NCBI RefSeq assembly: GCF_001677475.2
Contig: NZ_CP015229.1
DNA from: Escherichia coli
GTDB taxonomy: Bacteria > Pseudomonadota > Gammaproteobacteria > Enterobacterales > Enterobacteriaceae
DNA: 64,000 nucleotides
Strand: one strand, 5' to 3'
Shown in pieces: positions 28,811-41,770 of this stretch. The position numbers were made by a program, and so were the translations under genes. The notes under the pieces were generated by a model. The model was not told the origin of the DNA and did no database searches. It saw nothing but the letters and a program-made list of their open reading frames with translations. How positions within the stretch are numbered: the first letter of the stretch is position 1; each line of letters begins with the position of its first letter.

Positions 28811-30004
28811 ATGTCGACACTAAGCCAAACACTATCACCTCATCATCAGCGCGCATACTGGGGCGGTATTTTTGCCATGACCCTGTGCGTGTTTGTGCTG
28901 ATTGCTTCTGAATTTATGCCCGTCAGCCTGCTCACGCCGATTACCCGCGATTTAGGCGTGACGGAGGGGCTTGCAGGGCAGGGGATTGCTATCTCCGGCG
29001 CGCTGGCGGTTCTGACCAGCCTGACGCTTTCAACGCTAGCTGGAAAGATGAATCGTAAGTTCCTGCTGCTGGGGATGACGGTTCTGATGGCCGTATCGGG
29101 GCTTATTATTGCGCTGGCTTCCAGTTATCTGATGTATATGGTCGGTCGTGCGATGATTGGGGTGGCCATTGGCGGTTTTTGGTCGATGTCAGCGGCAACG
29201 GCGATTCGTCTGGTGCCGCAGCATCAGGTTACGCGTGCGCTGGCGATTTTCAACGCCGGTAATGCGCTGGCGACGGTCGTGGCCGCGCCGCTGGGAAGCT
29301 ATCTGGGGGCCACGGTCGGATGGCGAGGCGCTTTCTTGTGCCTGGTGCCTATCGCGGTTGTCGCCTTTATCTGGCAGTACATCAGCCTGCCCAGTATGGA
29401 TGCGAATAAAAGCCACACGTCAGCTGGCGATGTATTCCGCATACTTAGCCGCCGCGTGATTGCGGTTGGCATGCTGGCCTGCGGCCTGTTTTTCATGGGG
29501 CAGTTTGCACTATTCACCTATGTGCGCCCGTTTCTGGAGTCGGTGACACGGGTTAATTCCTTAGGCTTGTCGTTGATTTTGCTGATTATCGGCGTGGCCG
29601 GTTTTATTGGCACGCTGGTTGTTTCGGCATTTCTCAACAGAAAATTCTACCCCACGCTGATGGCCATACCCGGACTGATGGCCGTCATTGCTATCGGTCT
29701 GATGCTTACCGGGCATCACGTCTGGACGGTCTCGCTGCTGTTAGGACTCTGGGGCATGCTGGCCACCGCCGCGCCAACCGGATGGTGGACATGGATTGCG
29801 CGTACGTTGCCTGACAACGCCGAAGCCGGAGGCGGCCTCATGGTCGCGGTGATTCAGCTCGCCATCGCCCTTGGATCAACGGCAGGAGGCATCGTGTTTG
29901 ACCGCCTTGGCTGGCAGAGTACGTTTGCCATGAGTAGCGTGCTGCTCCTTTGCGCGGGCGTACTGACCTTTGTTACCGCACGCCAGAAGGCCGGTGCGTT
30001 TTAG
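28811..30004 (+). CDS. MFS-family transporter
   Basis: 397 aa, about 12 predicted transmembrane helices, MFS-like loop motifs. Confidence 0.8.
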   Translation: MSTLSQTLSPHHQRAYWGGIFAMTLCVFVLIASEFMPVSLLTPITRDLGVTEGLAGQGIAISGALAVLTSLTLSTLAGKMNRKFLLLGMTVLMAVSGLIIALASSYLMYMVGRAMIGVAIGGFWSMSAATAIRLVPQHQVTRALAIFNAGNALATVVAAPLGSYLGATVGWRGAFLCLVPIAVVAFIWQYISLPSMDANKSHTSAGDVFRILSRRVIAVGMLACGLFFMGQFALFTYVRPFLESVTRVNSLGLSLILLIIGVAGFIGTLVVSAFLNRKFYPTLMAIPGLMAVIAIGLMLTGHHVWTVSLLLGLWGMLATAAPTGWWTWIARTLPDNAEAGGGLMVAVIQLAIALGSTAGGIVFDRLGWQSTFAMSSVLLLCAGVLTFVTARQKAGAF

Positions 30005-30183
30005 TCCGGCGAGGGGGCGCGTTGCTGAATAAGTTACACACGGCGATGAGCGCCCACTATGGGTTGGGCGCTCTTTTAAACGATTTAGGTGATTTTCTAA
30101 AACGGCTACTGCAAATTTTTCTCTTAATTTATGGGTATTTCCCCCGGAGGCGAGAAAGCGCTCTCCACGCCCGGCCGCAAGGA

Positions 30184-31140
30184 TCAGGACGACGGGGGCA
30201 GGCATGAATCCTCCTCCAGATGGAGACGTACAGAGGCAACTTCTGCCAGCACAGAGAGGGCCAGTGTATGCGCATCCCGGGCTTTGGGGAATATCCCGAT
30301 GGGTGCCCGGATTTGCGCTGTCTCCTCCCTGGACCATCCCAGCTCGTGGAGCTTTTGCAGACGTAAAGTGTGGGTTCGATAGCTGCCCAATGCGCCGAGA
30401 TAAAAGGGTTTTGCCTCTCGCGCGGCCTGCAACACTGGCAGCTCCCGGTTGAGATCATGGCACAGCAAAATGACCGCCGTATCGGTATCGATCTGAGCGC
30501 TGGCTGAGGCCGGAAAAAGATCGAAGATATGGTTGTCATAGCCTGTGGCTGCTGCAAGACTCGCGGTTGCCTGCGCCTCAAGAGAACCTCCGTAAATCAA
30601 CAGCCTGACGCATGGCCTGAACCCTACCTCAAAGCCATTGAGATTCCAGCCCGTTCGGGTTTGCGTGGGCAGGCACACCAGCGATTGTGCTTGCGGATCA
30701 TAGCGCAGCCCCGCCGGTTTTCTCTGTTCCAGGCGGTTCAGCACGGCGAGCAGAGGCTGTGCCGTGCGTAGTTTATGGAGCGTCAGCGTGATCCCACCGC
30801 CGCAGGGCAGAACGATGTCAAACCACGGCGAACCTTCGCCATAGCGAATTTCGCGATCGCAGCCTGAGCCCATCATCTCCAGCGCTTCAAAAGCGGCAGC
30901 GGCCTCCACGCAGCCGCCAGAGACAAAACCGCAGTAACGACCATCTTCGCGCACCACCATCTGCGCCCCGAGCGGGCGCGCCGCGCCGCCGCGTATCTCC
31001 ACCAGCGTCACCAGCACCGCTCCTTTACCGGACATTAGCGCCTCTACGGCGAAGCGCAGAATGGTCCGGTGGTCATCGGTGAGAAACGCCTGCTCTGGCT
31101 TATGCCAGTGTTCGTCTTTGTCAAAAAGCGGGTATGACAT
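30184..31140 (-). CDS. paoD: Molybdenum cofactor insertion chaperone, XdhC family
   Basis: 318 aa; last gene of the paoABCD operon; XdhC/CoxI-like. Confidence 0.85.
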   Translation of the reverse strand: MSYPLFDKDEHWHKPEQAFLTDDHRTILRFAVEALMSGKGAVLVTLVEIRGGAARPLGAQMVVREDGRYCGFVSGGCVEAAAAFEALEMMGSGCDREIRYGEGSPWFDIVLPCGGGITLTLHKLRTAQPLLAVLNRLEQRKPAGLRYDPQAQSLVCLPTQTRTGWNLNGFEVGFRPCVRLLIYGGSLEAQATASLAAATGYDNHIFDLFPASASAQIDTDTAVILLCHDLNRELPVLQAAREAKPFYLGALGSYRTHTLRLQKLHELGWSREETAQIRAPIGIFPKARDAHTLALSVLAEVASVRLHLEEDSCLPPSS

Positions 31141-31149
31141 TGTTCCTCC

Positions 31150-33348
31150 TTAAACCACATCCGGCAGCTTATCGAGCAGCTTATCCAGAGTGATGGGATA
31201 ATCCCGTACCCGAATACCGGTGGCGTTATACACCGCGTTGGCGATAGCCGCGCTCACGCCGCACAGGCCCAGCTCACCGACACCTTTGGCCTTCATCGGG
31301 GAGGATATGGGGTCGGTATCATCCAGGAAAATCACCTCCTGTTTTGGGATATCCGCATGGACCGGCACCTCATACCCCGCCATATCGTGATTAACGAAGT
31401 AGCCCAAACGGTCATCCACCGCCAGCTCCTCCATCAGTGCCGCGCCCATGCCCATAGTCATTGCGCCAATGACCTGGCTGCGTGCAGTTTTCGGATTCAG
31501 GATGCGTCCTGCAGCACACACAGCGAGCATACGCCGGACCCGAACTTCTCCCGTCGCGCTATGCACGCCGACCTCCACAAAATGCCCGGCAAAGGTCGAC
31601 TGCTGGTACTCCTTGCTCAGTGTTCCGAATTCAATGCTCTCTTCCGCTGTCAGTCTGCCGCCTGCGGTGGCCTCACGTAGCGTGGCGCTACGGGTACCGT
31701 TGGTAATCTTGCCGTCGGCAAACTGCGACTGCTCAGGATCAAACCCGACAGCCGAGGCAATCATTTCGCGAAGTTTCACGCAGGCGGCGTAAACGCCAGA
31801 GGTGGAGGTATTCGCGCCCCATTGTCCGCCAGAACCCGCAGAAACCGGGAAACTGGAATCGCCGAGGTGAACCGCAACCTGCTCCAGCGGTACGCCAAGC
31901 ATTTCCGCTGCCGTCTGGGCCAGAATGGTGTAGCTGCCGGTGCCAATGTCGGTCATGTCCGTTTCTACGGTAACGGTGCCGTTTTGTTCGAGGTGAACCC
32001 GAGCACCCGATTTTTCCAGCAGATTATTGCGGAAGCCCGCCGCAACACCGTGGCCGACTAGCCACTCCCCGTCGCGCACCTGTCCGGGTGTGGCGTTGCG
32101 CTGCTTCCAGCCAAATTTATCCGCTCCGGTGCGCAAGCACTCGATAAGCTGACGGCGAGAGAAGCGGCGCGTCGGGTCGGCGGGGTCAACCTGAGTGTCA
32201 TTCAGGATGCGAAACTCGACGGGATCGATGCCCGCTTTTTCCGCCAGTTCGTCGATCGCGATTTCGAGCGCCATCAGACCGGGGGCTTCGCCGGGCGCAC
32301 GCATGGCGTTCCCTTCCGGCAAATCAAGCGTGGCGAGCCGCAGGCCGGTATGACGGTTTGCCCCTGCGTAGAGTAATTCGCTTTGCTGTACCGCCGTTTC
32401 CGGCGTGCCGCCGGGCAGGTTTCCGGACCAGCTTTCATGTGAGATAGCGGTGATTTTCCCGCTCTGGTCAGCACCGATACGCAAGTGCTGAAGGGTGGCG
32501 GGGCGGTGCGTGGTGTTATTGGGAATAGTGGGGCGGGGGAGCATCACTTTAACCGGACGTTTCACCGCACGGGCAGCGAGGGCCGCCAGCAGCGCATCGC
32601 TTCTCAGGAACAGCTTGCCGCCAAACCCTCCTCCGATATACGGGGAGATAATACGCACATTCTCCACGGGCACTTTCAGCGTTTTTGCCAGATCGGTGCG
32701 GCACCAGTCAATCATCTGATTTGAGGTCCAGAGGGTAAGCTTATTTCCATCCCAGACGGCCATCGAGGCATGTGGCTCCATCGCCATATGGCTCTGGTCC
32801 GGGGTCGTGTAGGTAGCATCAATCTTCACCGCAGCGGAGGTGAAAGCCCCGTCAAAGTCACCGACGTTTTTGTCGGGCGTGTCTTCCGGCGGCTGATTGA
32901 CGGCCTGTTTTTCGTCCGCCAGGGAGTAAGCTCCTTTATTACGGCGATAGTGCGCCTGCAACAGCGAGGCCGCCGCTCGCGCCTGTTCGAAGGTCTCGGC
33001 CACTACCAGCGCAATGGCCTGATGATAGTGCTCAATAGTGGGGCCGCCTAACAGCCTGGCGGTGTTTTTGTCGCCTTTGTCGAGTGCCCCGGCGTTACTG
33101 GCGGTAATGACAGCCAGTACGCCCGGCGCTTTTTGCGCGGCGTCCGTATCAAGGGCGGTGAGGCGTCCTTTGGCAATGGCGGAACCGACGATATAGCCAT
33201 AGGCGGCGTTGGGGGCTTCTTCATGCCATTCGTAGGCGTAGCGTGCCGTGCCGGTAGTTTTCAGCGGTCCGTCGATGCGGTCATGGGGACGACCGACAAC
33301 CTTCAGCTGATCGATCGGGTTTTCCCCTGCGGGTTTATCAAATTTCAT
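31150..33348 (-). CDS. paoC: Periplasmic aldehyde oxidoreductase, molybdopterin-binding large subunit
   Basis: 732 aa, xanthine dehydrogenase/aldehyde oxidase-family molybdopterin domain. Confidence 0.9.
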   Translation of the reverse strand: MKFDKPAGENPIDQLKVVGRPHDRIDGPLKTTGTARYAYEWHEEAPNAAYGYIVGSAIAKGRLTALDTDAAQKAPGVLAVITASNAGALDKGDKNTARLLGGPTIEHYHQAIALVVAETFEQARAAASLLQAHYRRNKGAYSLADEKQAVNQPPEDTPDKNVGDFDGAFTSAAVKIDATYTTPDQSHMAMEPHASMAVWDGNKLTLWTSNQMIDWCRTDLAKTLKVPVENVRIISPYIGGGFGGKLFLRSDALLAALAARAVKRPVKVMLPRPTIPNNTTHRPATLQHLRIGADQSGKITAISHESWSGNLPGGTPETAVQQSELLYAGANRHTGLRLATLDLPEGNAMRAPGEAPGLMALEIAIDELAEKAGIDPVEFRILNDTQVDPADPTRRFSRRQLIECLRTGADKFGWKQRNATPGQVRDGEWLVGHGVAAGFRNNLLEKSGARVHLEQNGTVTVETDMTDIGTGSYTILAQTAAEMLGVPLEQVAVHLGDSSFPVSAGSGGQWGANTSTSGVYAACVKLREMIASAVGFDPEQSQFADGKITNGTRSATLREATAGGRLTAEESIEFGTLSKEYQQSTFAGHFVEVGVHSATGEVRVRRMLAVCAAGRILNPKTARSQVIGAMTMGMGAALMEELAVDDRLGYFVNHDMAGYEVPVHADIPKQEVIFLDDTDPISSPMKAKGVGELGLCGVSAAIANAVYNATGIRVRDYPITLDKLLDKLPDVV

Positions 33349-34301
33349 GCCTGTGCCCTCGCTTCAGCCAGTACGGAGGCAAGCGTTCGCTTCGCCAACA
33401 GGAGTTTAAAGGTGTTTTCAGCGGTGGGATGGGCGCTGGCGAACAGCGCGTCATATACGGCCTGCGCCCCCTGGGATAGCTGAGCATCCGCAGCCTCAAT
33501 GCGCCAGGGCTTATGTGCTACTCCGCCCAGCGCGACGCGCCCGCTGCCGTCAGGCTGAATAATCGCTGCGACCGATACCAGGGCAAAGGCGTAGGAGGCG
33601 CGATCGCGCACCTTACGGTAAATATGTTTTCCGCCGAGCGGCGGAGGTAATGTCACCGCAACGATAAGCTCACCGGGAAGCAGGGCGGTTTCAATGTGCG
33701 GCGTTTTCCCCGGTGGGTGATAAAAATCAGCCAGTGTGATACTGCGAGTCTTTCCCTCCGGCGTGATGGTTTCCACCACCGCATCCAGCAACCGCATTGC
33801 GACCGCCATATCGCTCGGATGGGTGGCAATGCAGGCTTTGCTTACGCCTACCACCGCGTGCTGACGGCTAAAGCCTTCAAGTGCCGCGCAGCCGCTCCCG
33901 GGCAGGCGCTTATTGCAGGGCTGATTGGTGTCGTAAAAATAGGGGCAGCGCGTGCGCTGGAGCAGATTACCTGCGGTGGTTGCCTGATTACGTAACTGAC
34001 CAGACGCGCCAGCGAGCAGAGCGCGGGAGAGTACCGCGTAATCACGACGCACGCGCTCGTGAGCCGCCAGGTCGGTGTTCCGTACCAGTGCGCCGATGCG
34101 CAGCCCACCCGCGTCGGTCACTTCAATCTTATCGAGCCCGAGCCCGTTCACATCGATAAGGTGGGTGGGCGTTTCAATTTCCAGCTTCATCAGGTCCAGC
34201 AGATTGGTCCCGCCAGCGATAAATTTTGCGCCGGGTACGCGCTGAGCGCTAAGTGCCGCCTCGGCCGGGGTGTTCACTCGTTCATAGGTAAACGCCTTCA
34301 T
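33345..34301 (-). CDS. paoB: Aldehyde oxidoreductase FAD-binding subunit
   Basis: 318 aa, FAD-binding domain of the CO-dehydrogenase/xanthine dehydrogenase type; overlaps paoC by 4 nt. Confidence 0.9.
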   Translation of the reverse strand: MKAFTYERVNTPAEAALSAQRVPGAKFIAGGTNLLDLMKLEIETPTHLIDVNGLGLDKIEVTDAGGLRIGALVRNTDLAAHERVRRDYAVLSRALLAGASGQLRNQATTAGNLLQRTRCPYFYDTNQPCNKRLPGSGCAALEGFSRQHAVVGVSKACIATHPSDMAVAMRLLDAVVETITPEGKTRSITLADFYHPPGKTPHIETALLPGELIVAVTLPPPLGGKHIYRKVRDRASYAFALVSVAAIIQPDGSGRVALGGVAHKPWRIEAADAQLSQGAQAVYDALFASAHPTAENTFKLLLAKRTLASVLAEARAQA

Positions 34302-34987
34302 GATTTTATCTCCCCCGCAGCGTCTTCAATGGCGGCAAGGATGTTAGCGTATGCTCCACAGCGACAGATGTTACCGCTCATACGTTCACGGATCTCATCG
34401 GCCGTTCTTTCTGGAGGGGAAACCAAATCGACCGTGACGTGACTGGGAATGCCGTCCTGAATCTCTTTTAGCACCGCTACTGATGAGCAAATTTGCCCGG
34501 AGGTGCAGTAGCCGCACTGGAAGCCATCATGCTTGATAAAGGCCGCCTGCATGGGGTGAAGATTATCTGGTGAACCCAGGCCTTCAATGGTGGTGATCTC
34601 GGCCCCCAGATGCATGACTGCAAGCGTCAGGCAGGCATTAAGCCTGCGACCATTGACCAGCACGGTACAGGCTCCGCACTGTCCGTGATCGCAACCTTTC
34701 TTGGTACCGATCAGATGCAGATTTTCACGCAAAGCGTCCAGTAGCGTGGTTCGGGTATCCACCTCAAGCTGCTCGGTTTTGCCGTTCACCTTAAGTGTCA
34801 GGGGCATTATCTCTGGCGCGGGTGTAGCTGCCGGAACGCTTGCCGCAAACGTAGAATGAGGATAAACCACGGCGGTCGCCGCCGTTGCGGCGCTCACTTT
34901 AATCAGATCGCGACGGGTCAAACTAAAATCGTGCGGCTCGTGCTTCCCAACCCGATTATCTTCGGGGTATTCGCTTTGGTTGCTCAT
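34298..34987 (-). CDS. paoA: Aldehyde oxidoreductase [2Fe-2S] subunit with Tat signal
   Basis: 229 aa; twin-arginine motif ([17 protein letters not shown]) and two Cys clusters for 2Fe-2S centres. Confidence 0.9.
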   Translation of the reverse strand: MSNQSEYPEDNRVGKHEPHDFSLTRRDLIKVSAATAATAVVYPHSTFAASVPAATPAPEIMPLTLKVNGKTEQLEVDTRTTLLDALRENLHLIGTKKGCDHGQCGACTVLVNGRRLNACLTLAVMHLGAEITTIEGLGSPDNLHPMQAAFIKHDGFQCGYCTSGQICSSVAVLKEIQDGIPSHVTVDLVSPPERTADEIRERMSGNICRCGAYANILAAIEDAAGEIKS

Positions 34988-35404
34988 ACCAGGCCTCCGG
35001 TATTCTAATGGGGAAAATAAGAGTGCGTTGCGAGAGTGCTGATGCTTTTTTAAACGTTAAGCATAGTCGGCGACAGCAGGAGGATTATTCTTAAAACGCG
35101 AATGCAGCTATGAGCCCGGCTAATAAATTCATGTTCGCCGGGATGTTGATGATGATGGGAGCTGGTTTATTGCTTTAGTTGTACGATGCAAAAACCGATA
35201 AGGAAACCTGTGATTGTCAGCTCTGCATCACCCTGCAAATCTTTGTCACTTCTAATATAAAAATATGGAGAAATGATGGTGCTTATATTCATTGGCGATT
35301 AGGAAACCATCTTGTTATACAAAACAATACAGTTCTTTACATTTGCTTTGTTTTATGAATACTCCTAAAGAGGTGTATAACATAATGGTACAAGCAGGGT
35401 AGAT

Positions 35405-36019
35405 ATGAATATATTTGAACAAACTCCACCGAACCGCAGACGTTACGGTCTTGCTGCATTCATTGGGCTGATTGCTGGCGTTGTTTCCGCATTTGTGAAG
35501 TGGGGGGCTGAAGTTCCATTGCCGCCACGTAGCCCGGTGGATATGTTTAATGCAGCGTGTGGCCCGGAATCATTAATCAGGGCTGCTGGGCAAATTGATT
35601 GCTCCCGTAATTTTCTCAATCCTCCGTATATTTTTCTTCGGGATTGGTTGGGGCTGACAGATCCAAATGCGGCTGTTTATACCTTCGCCGGGCATGTCTT
35701 TAACTGGGTTGGTGTAACGCACATAATCTTTTCGATAGTTTTTGCCGTTGGTTACTGTGTGGTCGCCGAAGTATTTCCGAAAATTAAACTTTGGCAGGGT
35801 TTACTGGCAGGTGCTTTAGCCCAACTTTTTGTTCATATGATTTCTTTCCCTCTCATGGGACTGACGCCACCTCTGTTTGATCTTCCGTGGTATGAGAATG
35901 TCTCTGAAATTTTTGGACATTTAGTCTGGTTCTGGTCTATTGAAATTATTCGCAGAGATTTACGAAACAGAATTACTCATGAGCCAGACCCTGAGATCCC
36001 TTTAGGCTCAAACAGATAA
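35405..36019 (+). CDS. yagU: Inner-membrane protein YagU (DUF1440)
   Basis: 204 aa, several TM helices; conserved position after the pao operon. Confidence 0.8.
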
Positions 36020-36033
36020 TGTAATGAATGATA

Positions 36034-36060
36034 AAAATGGCGCAAATACAGCGCCATTTT
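36034..36060 (+). terminator. Hairpin terminator downstream of yagU
   Basis: AAATGGCGCAAATACAGCGCCATTT stem-loop followed by a T-run. Confidence 0.65.
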
Positions 36061-36265
36061 TATAGGTTAAAAACATTGCTTTTTATATTCTGATGCAGCT
36101 AGTCAGTGAGCATATCGCGCCACTTCAGGATGATGTAGATCCGAAGAACGCTACAGAAGAGAGGCATTGTTGCTGGCAAATAGAAGAAGTTTCGGGTTTT
36201 GTTGCCCCTAAAAACGAAGCCCCGCTATTACAGTAGGCGGGGCAGTGCAATTAATTATTGCATAT

Positions 36266-36595
36266 TTATAACGGTGTCAGCCCGTATTTAGCTCTTGCAC
36301 GATTGCAAGCCTCATTGACTTCTCCATTTTCACCAGACATGGCGAATTCTCTGCATGTGGACGATCGATTTTTATATATCGTGCAGCAGGCATTTTTGCC
36401 CGGGGTTCCTGCAAGGGCAATACATCGGGGGTTTTTCTGATTGGTACCGCTCATGCATCGGTGAAAAGGGGATATTTGTTCAGTGAGCCTGGCGGGAATG
36501 GTACCGCCAGCATCGTCGGCTTCGGCCCAGTAAAAAGAGACGCGGAAAAATGCACAACAGGCACCACACGTCATGCATGGATTCAGATTGCTCAT
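36266..36595 (-). CDS. ykgJ: Cys-rich Fe-S/Zn-binding protein YkgJ
   Basis: 109 aa, CxxCxxCC motif at the N-terminus ([17 protein letters not shown]). Confidence 0.8.
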   Translation of the reverse strand: MSNLNPCMTCGACCAFFRVSFYWAEADDAGGTIPARLTEQISPFHRCMSGTNQKNPRCIALAGTPGKNACCTIYKNRSSTCREFAMSGENGEVNEACNRARAKYGLTPL

Positions 36596-36907
36596 AATTC
36601 ACCAGTACAGCTATAAATCGTAAAGAGAACAGCGGTACATCGTATGTAAGAACGTACCGCGGTTGGCTGGTGAACTTTCGATAGTGTGAGTATTGAATGA
36701 TTTCCAGCCGTTACCGATTTTACGTACTAATTCGTGAAGAAACCACTCGTTAGCAGGCTGCCTGGTACCTTTCCGTGTCTCCTGAACACTATGGTGTACA
36801 TATGAGAAAGCCCATCATTACAGGTGACATTGACGATCGCTTCCACATTATTTAAACGATTTTTGAGTCTCTGAGGTGGAATTCTTCCCTCGACCGATGG
36901 ATAAGTA

Positions 36908-37618
36908 TCAGTCCGCCGAAGGGGGCTTAGCCGGACAGGAATTGCTAATCTTAATGAATTTGTCGTTATAGACCAGATAATGATTCCCCGGCTGACGTAA
37001 CTCAGGCTGATGAACCACGTCTCCCGGACGTAGATACCAGGCGTCGCCTTCCTCTTCGGTCGAATCACATCCTGGTTTAATCAGTAGCTTAAACCACGTG
37101 TTGCCGGTGTTACTTACCGTTCCTGTCACCTGGTCGAAGGACCATTTAAACTGAACCTGACGTGGTCGTACTACCAGAATGGTATCCATCACCACCACCG
37201 GCTCCGTGCTGACCTCGCCGCCGGTTGGGCTGCGTCTTGTCTGGTTACGAGTGGGGACCTCGCGAAATGAGACCCGGTAGTAGCGCTCGCGGTTATCCCG
37301 TGGCCCATGATAGTAAAATTTAAAATACTCGCTCTCACCAGCCTGCAACGCCAGCTGGCGGGGGGCGAAAAGCAGTTCACCATCCACCGGTCGGGTGCGC
37401 AATTCACTGCTGCCTGGGCTATCAATAGCACTGATGGAAATACGGTATATCCGTGCGCTTTTGTTGTTATTCACTACACGTTTGCTGACAAAGTCAGACT
37501 CGGACGGCAGCGAAAATGTCAGATTGCCGACCGAAATCGCCTGTGTCAAAGGTGCCGCCAGCATACAGACCGCTGTCAGCAGGGCCTTAGTTAATGTTAC
37601 GCCACGTCGCCTGAACAT
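36908..37618 (-). CDS. ecpE: E. coli common pilus periplasmic chaperone EcpE
   Basis: 236 aa from [20 protein letters not shown] (signal peptide); last gene of the ecp operon. Confidence 0.8.
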   Translation of the reverse strand: MFRRRGVTLTKALLTAVCMLAAPLTQAISVGNLTFSLPSESDFVSKRVVNNNKSARIYRISISAIDSPGSSELRTRPVDGELLFAPRQLALQAGESEYFKFYYHGPRDNRERYYRVSFREVPTRNQTRRSPTGGEVSTEPVVVMDTILVVRPRQVQFKWSFDQVTGTVSNTGNTWFKLLIKPGCDSTEEEGDAWYLRPGDVVHQPELRQPGNHYLVYNDKFIKISNSCPAKPPSAD

Positions 37619-39230
37619 GAATTTCTCCTGAAGCGCTGACTTCGCCAAACCAGCCGTTATCATCTATCGTACGCAGCGAAATGGCGTTATCCATTGGAAT
37701 CGAAAATTTGACTGTGGTCTTATCCATCTGCCCCACTTCGCCAGAGATATCAGTCCACGGTGTGGTCAGCCACAGCGCATCGGTCATATCCCGCCAGCTA
37801 TCATCGCACCCGGCATCGTAGGTTTTTGTAGCTCCGTTGCGGGTAATAAAGGAAAGCGTCGCCGGGAACGGTACTTTCGCCTTACCGTCATCGGAGCTGA
37901 AGACACAATAGGAGCGCCCGCCAATCACCTGCGCGGGTCCGGTCACCTTGATCAGCACTTCGTCGGCAGCTGTTTTACCGCTGGTGGTTACGATATAGCC
38001 GAAATCGAGTGCCGACTCGCCGCTGCCGACATATCCCTCCCGCGACGGTGTCTGAGTATATTCATCGGAGATAATACTGATGCTGAAATCACGGGGTTTG
38101 ATAAGCAGCGTGTTGGAGGTAGAAAATTCATACCAGCCAGACTCCGGTGATGTGGTGTTCTGAAAGCGAAAGTTGAACAGATCTTTGGTGTTGATATCGC
38201 TGATCCCGAGGTTCACCATCTGCTTAAAGAAGTTGCTCGAGAAGAAAACATAGATCGAGTCTGCGCTCTTCATCTCGTTGAAGGTGTAGTAATAGGCAGT
38301 ATTGCTCACCGGTTTCCATGAACTGCCATTCAGACTGAACTGCATATCGTACGCCCCGACGGCCGAGGCTAACGACGAGTTGGCGATCGCCGGGAATATA
38401 TGGATTGAGGTGTTGCTGAGTCCGTTTGTTTGCAGGGTGTAGTTGACCATCTTACAACTTAATCCTGAAAGGCTGCCGATGGTTTGTGTCCGGCAGTCGG
38501 CGTTCCCTTCGCCCAGAGTCGGTACTCCGTCGCTGTTGATAAATACCTCCGCCAGCGAGTGGGTATTTATTAACCGCAGATTTGCTGCTTTCGTATGGGT
38601 GACGTTGCGAACATACCAGTTGCCGGAGGCCTGATCCTTACAGCGTGCGCCGCTGCTGGCGTCATAGTTCACAGAGGTCTGGCAGGCATTGATGGTCATT
38701 GTAAAGCTGCTGCCGACGGGCATTTGTTGCATATACTGGTAAAACGCGTCTGACAACATGCCGTGCATCCACTTCGCGCCGCCGCTGGTCACCGTCGCGC
38801 CATAAAATCCACTGGCGTCGGTGGTTTGCGGCAGGATAAGACTGGTGGTCATATTACACCCTGCGTACCAGTTGATGCAGCGTAAGCCAGTTAAAGGAGA
38901 TGATACCGGCGAATTTTCCAGCCACATATCAAACTTCCAGTTGGTATAGAGGCCGGTGTTGTAACCGTTATCAATGTAGCCGAGGCTTTGCTGATAAATG
39001 GTTCCTGAGCCAGTGTATTTTAAACCGGTCCAGCGGTTAGCACCGGTCAGGCGCGGATCCAGCGCCCCGCCAGGCGTGACGAAAAAGTTGTCGTCTGAGT
39101 TGTTTTCGACAAACACAAACTCGCTTGCCGGTGCATCCGCCCAGGTTGTTTTGCTCACTGCAGCTCTGAGCGCGGTTGCTGGCCAGATTAACGCAAATAT
39201 TATCATCGCTATCAGTAGGTTAACTCTCAT
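37587..39230 (-). CDS. ecpD: E. coli common pilus tip adhesin EcpD
   Basis: 547 aa, signal peptide; synteny. Confidence 0.85.
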   Translation of the reverse strand: MRVNLLIAMIIFALIWPATALRAAVSKTTWADAPASEFVFVENNSDDNFFVTPGGALDPRLTGANRWTGLKYTGSGTIYQQSLGYIDNGYNTGLYTNWKFDMWLENSPVSSPLTGLRCINWYAGCNMTTSLILPQTTDASGFYGATVTSGGAKWMHGMLSDAFYQYMQQMPVGSSFTMTINACQTSVNYDASSGARCKDQASGNWYVRNVTHTKAANLRLINTHSLAEVFINSDGVPTLGEGNADCRTQTIGSLSGLSCKMVNYTLQTNGLSNTSIHIFPAIANSSLASAVGAYDMQFSLNGSSWKPVSNTAYYYTFNEMKSADSIYVFFSSNFFKQMVNLGISDINTKDLFNFRFQNTTSPESGWYEFSTSNTLLIKPRDFSISIISDEYTQTPSREGYVGSGESALDFGYIVTTSGKTAADEVLIKVTGPAQVIGGRSYCVFSSDDGKAKVPFPATLSFITRNGATKTYDAGCDDSWRDMTDALWLTTPWTDISGEVGQMDKTTVKFSIPMDNAISLRTIDDNGWFGEVSASGEIHVQATWRNIN

Positions 39231-41745
39231 TCTCTTCTCCTGTCTGCTTCACGGCTGCCCACGATGAGAGGCCGCTGCAGACCACATCACCGACCCAGAC
39301 GGCACCGCGCGCCTGGTTGAGTTCCAGTGCCACTTCGCAGGTTTTATTGCCACTGTAGCGAAAATCGATAGTGGGGTATTTCTTGTCCACATCCATGACA
39401 AACTCGCCGTTTTCATCGGTTCGGGTTCGGCCGATATGGTTGTTAATCCGTGCGTTAGCCAGCAGTGTGCCGTCTTCCGCACGGATACGGCCGGAGACGG
39501 TAACCATCTGCTTCACCTCTGGCTCAATGACAGCGACATTGCCTGGATAGAGAGTCAGATGACTTTTGCGGCCGCTGACGATATCGTAACTGTCGAGTGA
39601 GTTTTTGCTGTTCTGTAACTCCACCTCATATCTTCCATAGGGAGAGAGCGGGAGATAGTTACGCTTGCCGTTAAGCGGGAAAATCCGCCCGTTGATTTTG
39701 GCGCTGATCTGACCGTCGTCCTCCAGCCCTGTGTTGAATATCACCCCAGCGTTGCCATCAGTCCGCCCGCTGGCAGCAATGTTTTTACCCTGCCAGCCGA
39801 CGCTGCCATTGGCGGTCAAGTTGGTATTGACGTAGCCGTCCGCCGCGCTATTGACGTTCAGCGTTCCGCTGGCGTAACGAGCGTCGAACTGTGCATACGC
39901 CCCACCGCTGAGGGTTTTGTCATCACCGGTATCGCCGGAGATGGCACGTGACAGATTGGCACCAACAGTGCGAATGGTTCCTTCATCAAACTGTTTGCGT
40001 GCTGACAGGTTTGCCATGGTGTAGCCGTTTTGATGGGTCATCCCTGCGCTAAACCAGTTGCCCAGTGGGAGCGAGAGATCGAGAGCGATATATTTCCCGG
40101 TATTGGCGTTGCTGTCGCCGTTGTTATAGCGCTGAATACCGGCCCGCAGGCCAAGCGAACCAAAGTTACCGCTGTAGACATTTTGATAGTAATCTGCTGT
40201 GTAATAATGGTTGTTGTAACGGCGGTCATCATTGTAGCTGATGCTGAATGTGCCCAGCTTCGACCACAGTGAGTTCAGGTTGAGTGTGCCGCCGATAGCA
40301 CGGTTGTCGGCATCGCTACGTCGCAATTGATTGCCAATGCGGGTTTTTTCCTGATTAACCCACAGCGAACTAAAGCCTCCCGGTAGAGTGGCGCTGATGC
40401 TGCCGATGCTGCTCCATGAGCTGTCACTGGCCAGCATATTTTGCAGGTTAACGTTGATTGCCCCCCCAAGCGGCAGCGTCAGACGGGTTTCACCCACCGC
40501 CTGATTATCGTATCCATATCCCGTTGCCGCCCAGCTAAGCGTACTCAATGAGCCGGAGGTCGAGGCACCTGCTAGCCAACTCTCTTTAGCTGGTCGCGTC
40601 TTTTTCCCGTTTTCCGACCAGCGATCCATATGAAAGCTACCGCCCCATATCTGCCACGCCAGTGGTGCACCGACTCCGCGCCCCCGGCTAAACAGCTTAT
40701 TGACCCGCTGGGTGCGTTTGCTGATCACGCGACCATTAACGATCACCTCAACTTCCACATCGTAAATACCGTACGGTAGACCCCGGGTATCCACTTCATG
40801 ATTGCCCATGGTGAAGTTCTGAACGCTTAGTAGCCGCCCATCACGGGTGAGATGTACTTCACCCGCCGCCGGTAAAAAGGCGATCACTGGCGTGGCAGAC
40901 TGGCTGCTGTCGAAGATGGTGGAGCTGGCCTGGTTTCCCCAGGAAAGGCCGTAAATCTTTCCTGCTGAAATGGCGGTCATCGGCCCTAAGGACTGCAAGT
41001 TCCAGGTGTCGAGCATTCCACCGGCAAATCGGTGACCGGCAAAATCGCGTTCGTACATCGCTTTATATAATTCACTGTCCTGTTGACCGCTACCGATCCC
41101 ATACAGCGAGCCGTCGAGCACCACGTGATGTTCGCGCAGCGCAGTAACGTTATTCAGCGACAGATAGCTGGATGTGTTGCTCCCGCCGTTACGCAACTGG
41201 TTGTTATAGACGCCGAAGTTATAGCTCAGATTACTGCTGAGGGTGTTAACACTGGACTGCCCGATGTCTTCGCTACGTGAGCGTAGTACGGTGCCCAGCG
41301 CTTCGCGCTTGACCACCAGCTGCAGCAGCAGTTGGCGCAAGCTGAGATCCAACTGCGCGTTGTCAGTCAGGGGGATGGTAAGGGCCTCATTGAACGGGGC
41401 GTTCGCCAGAGCCATCAGCTGCTGTCGAGTTTGTTCGCTGACACTGGCGTTATCTTCACTCTCTTCCAGCTGTATTTTCCGGATGCGTAGCTGTCCATCA
41501 TCCAGCCAGATAAAAGCGCTGCCGATTCGCTGATCGTCCTGGCGACCCTGGCTACCGGCGAGATGAATATAGAGCGGGACGCTCATGCCGTCCTGAAGCG
41601 CCTGACTGAAGGCCTGCGGAATAATCACCCCACCTATTTGCTGCGCACTTATGTCAGCAGCGCTGGCATCGGGTTGAACGAACAAAAAGACCATGCCGAA
41701 GGCAAACTGGGCTTTCAGTCCTGGGGAGAACCGTCGTAAAGGCAT
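39220..41745 (-). CDS. ecpC: E. coli common pilus outer-membrane usher EcpC
   Basis: 841 aa, usher-sized beta-barrel protein with signal peptide. Confidence 0.85.
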   Translation of the reverse strand: MPLRRFSPGLKAQFAFGMVFLFVQPDASAADISAQQIGGVIIPQAFSQALQDGMSVPLYIHLAGSQGRQDDQRIGSAFIWLDDGQLRIRKIQLEESEDNASVSEQTRQQLMALANAPFNEALTIPLTDNAQLDLSLRQLLLQLVVKREALGTVLRSRSEDIGQSSVNTLSSNLSYNFGVYNNQLRNGGSNTSSYLSLNNVTALREHHVVLDGSLYGIGSGQQDSELYKAMYERDFAGHRFAGGMLDTWNLQSLGPMTAISAGKIYGLSWGNQASSTIFDSSQSATPVIAFLPAAGEVHLTRDGRLLSVQNFTMGNHEVDTRGLPYGIYDVEVEVIVNGRVISKRTQRVNKLFSRGRGVGAPLAWQIWGGSFHMDRWSENGKKTRPAKESWLAGASTSGSLSTLSWAATGYGYDNQAVGETRLTLPLGGAINVNLQNMLASDSSWSSIGSISATLPGGFSSLWVNQEKTRIGNQLRRSDADNRAIGGTLNLNSLWSKLGTFSISYNDDRRYNNHYYTADYYQNVYSGNFGSLGLRAGIQRYNNGDSNANTGKYIALDLSLPLGNWFSAGMTHQNGYTMANLSARKQFDEGTIRTVGANLSRAISGDTGDDKTLSGGAYAQFDARYASGTLNVNSAADGYVNTNLTANGSVGWQGKNIAASGRTDGNAGVIFNTGLEDDGQISAKINGRIFPLNGKRNYLPLSPYGRYEVELQNSKNSLDSYDIVSGRKSHLTLYPGNVAVIEPEVKQMVTVSGRIRAEDGTLLANARINNHIGRTRTDENGEFVMDVDKKYPTIDFRYSGNKTCEVALELNQARGAVWVGDVVCSGLSSWAAVKQTGEENES

Positions 41746-41770
41746 TGTCGTTATCCATCTGCACAGCTAT

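Noticed and set aside
29157-29517. Arg/Trp-rich ORFs on both strands inside the MFS transporter gene
   Set aside because: Out-of-frame or antisense to a gene with clear transmembrane architecture; composition artefact.
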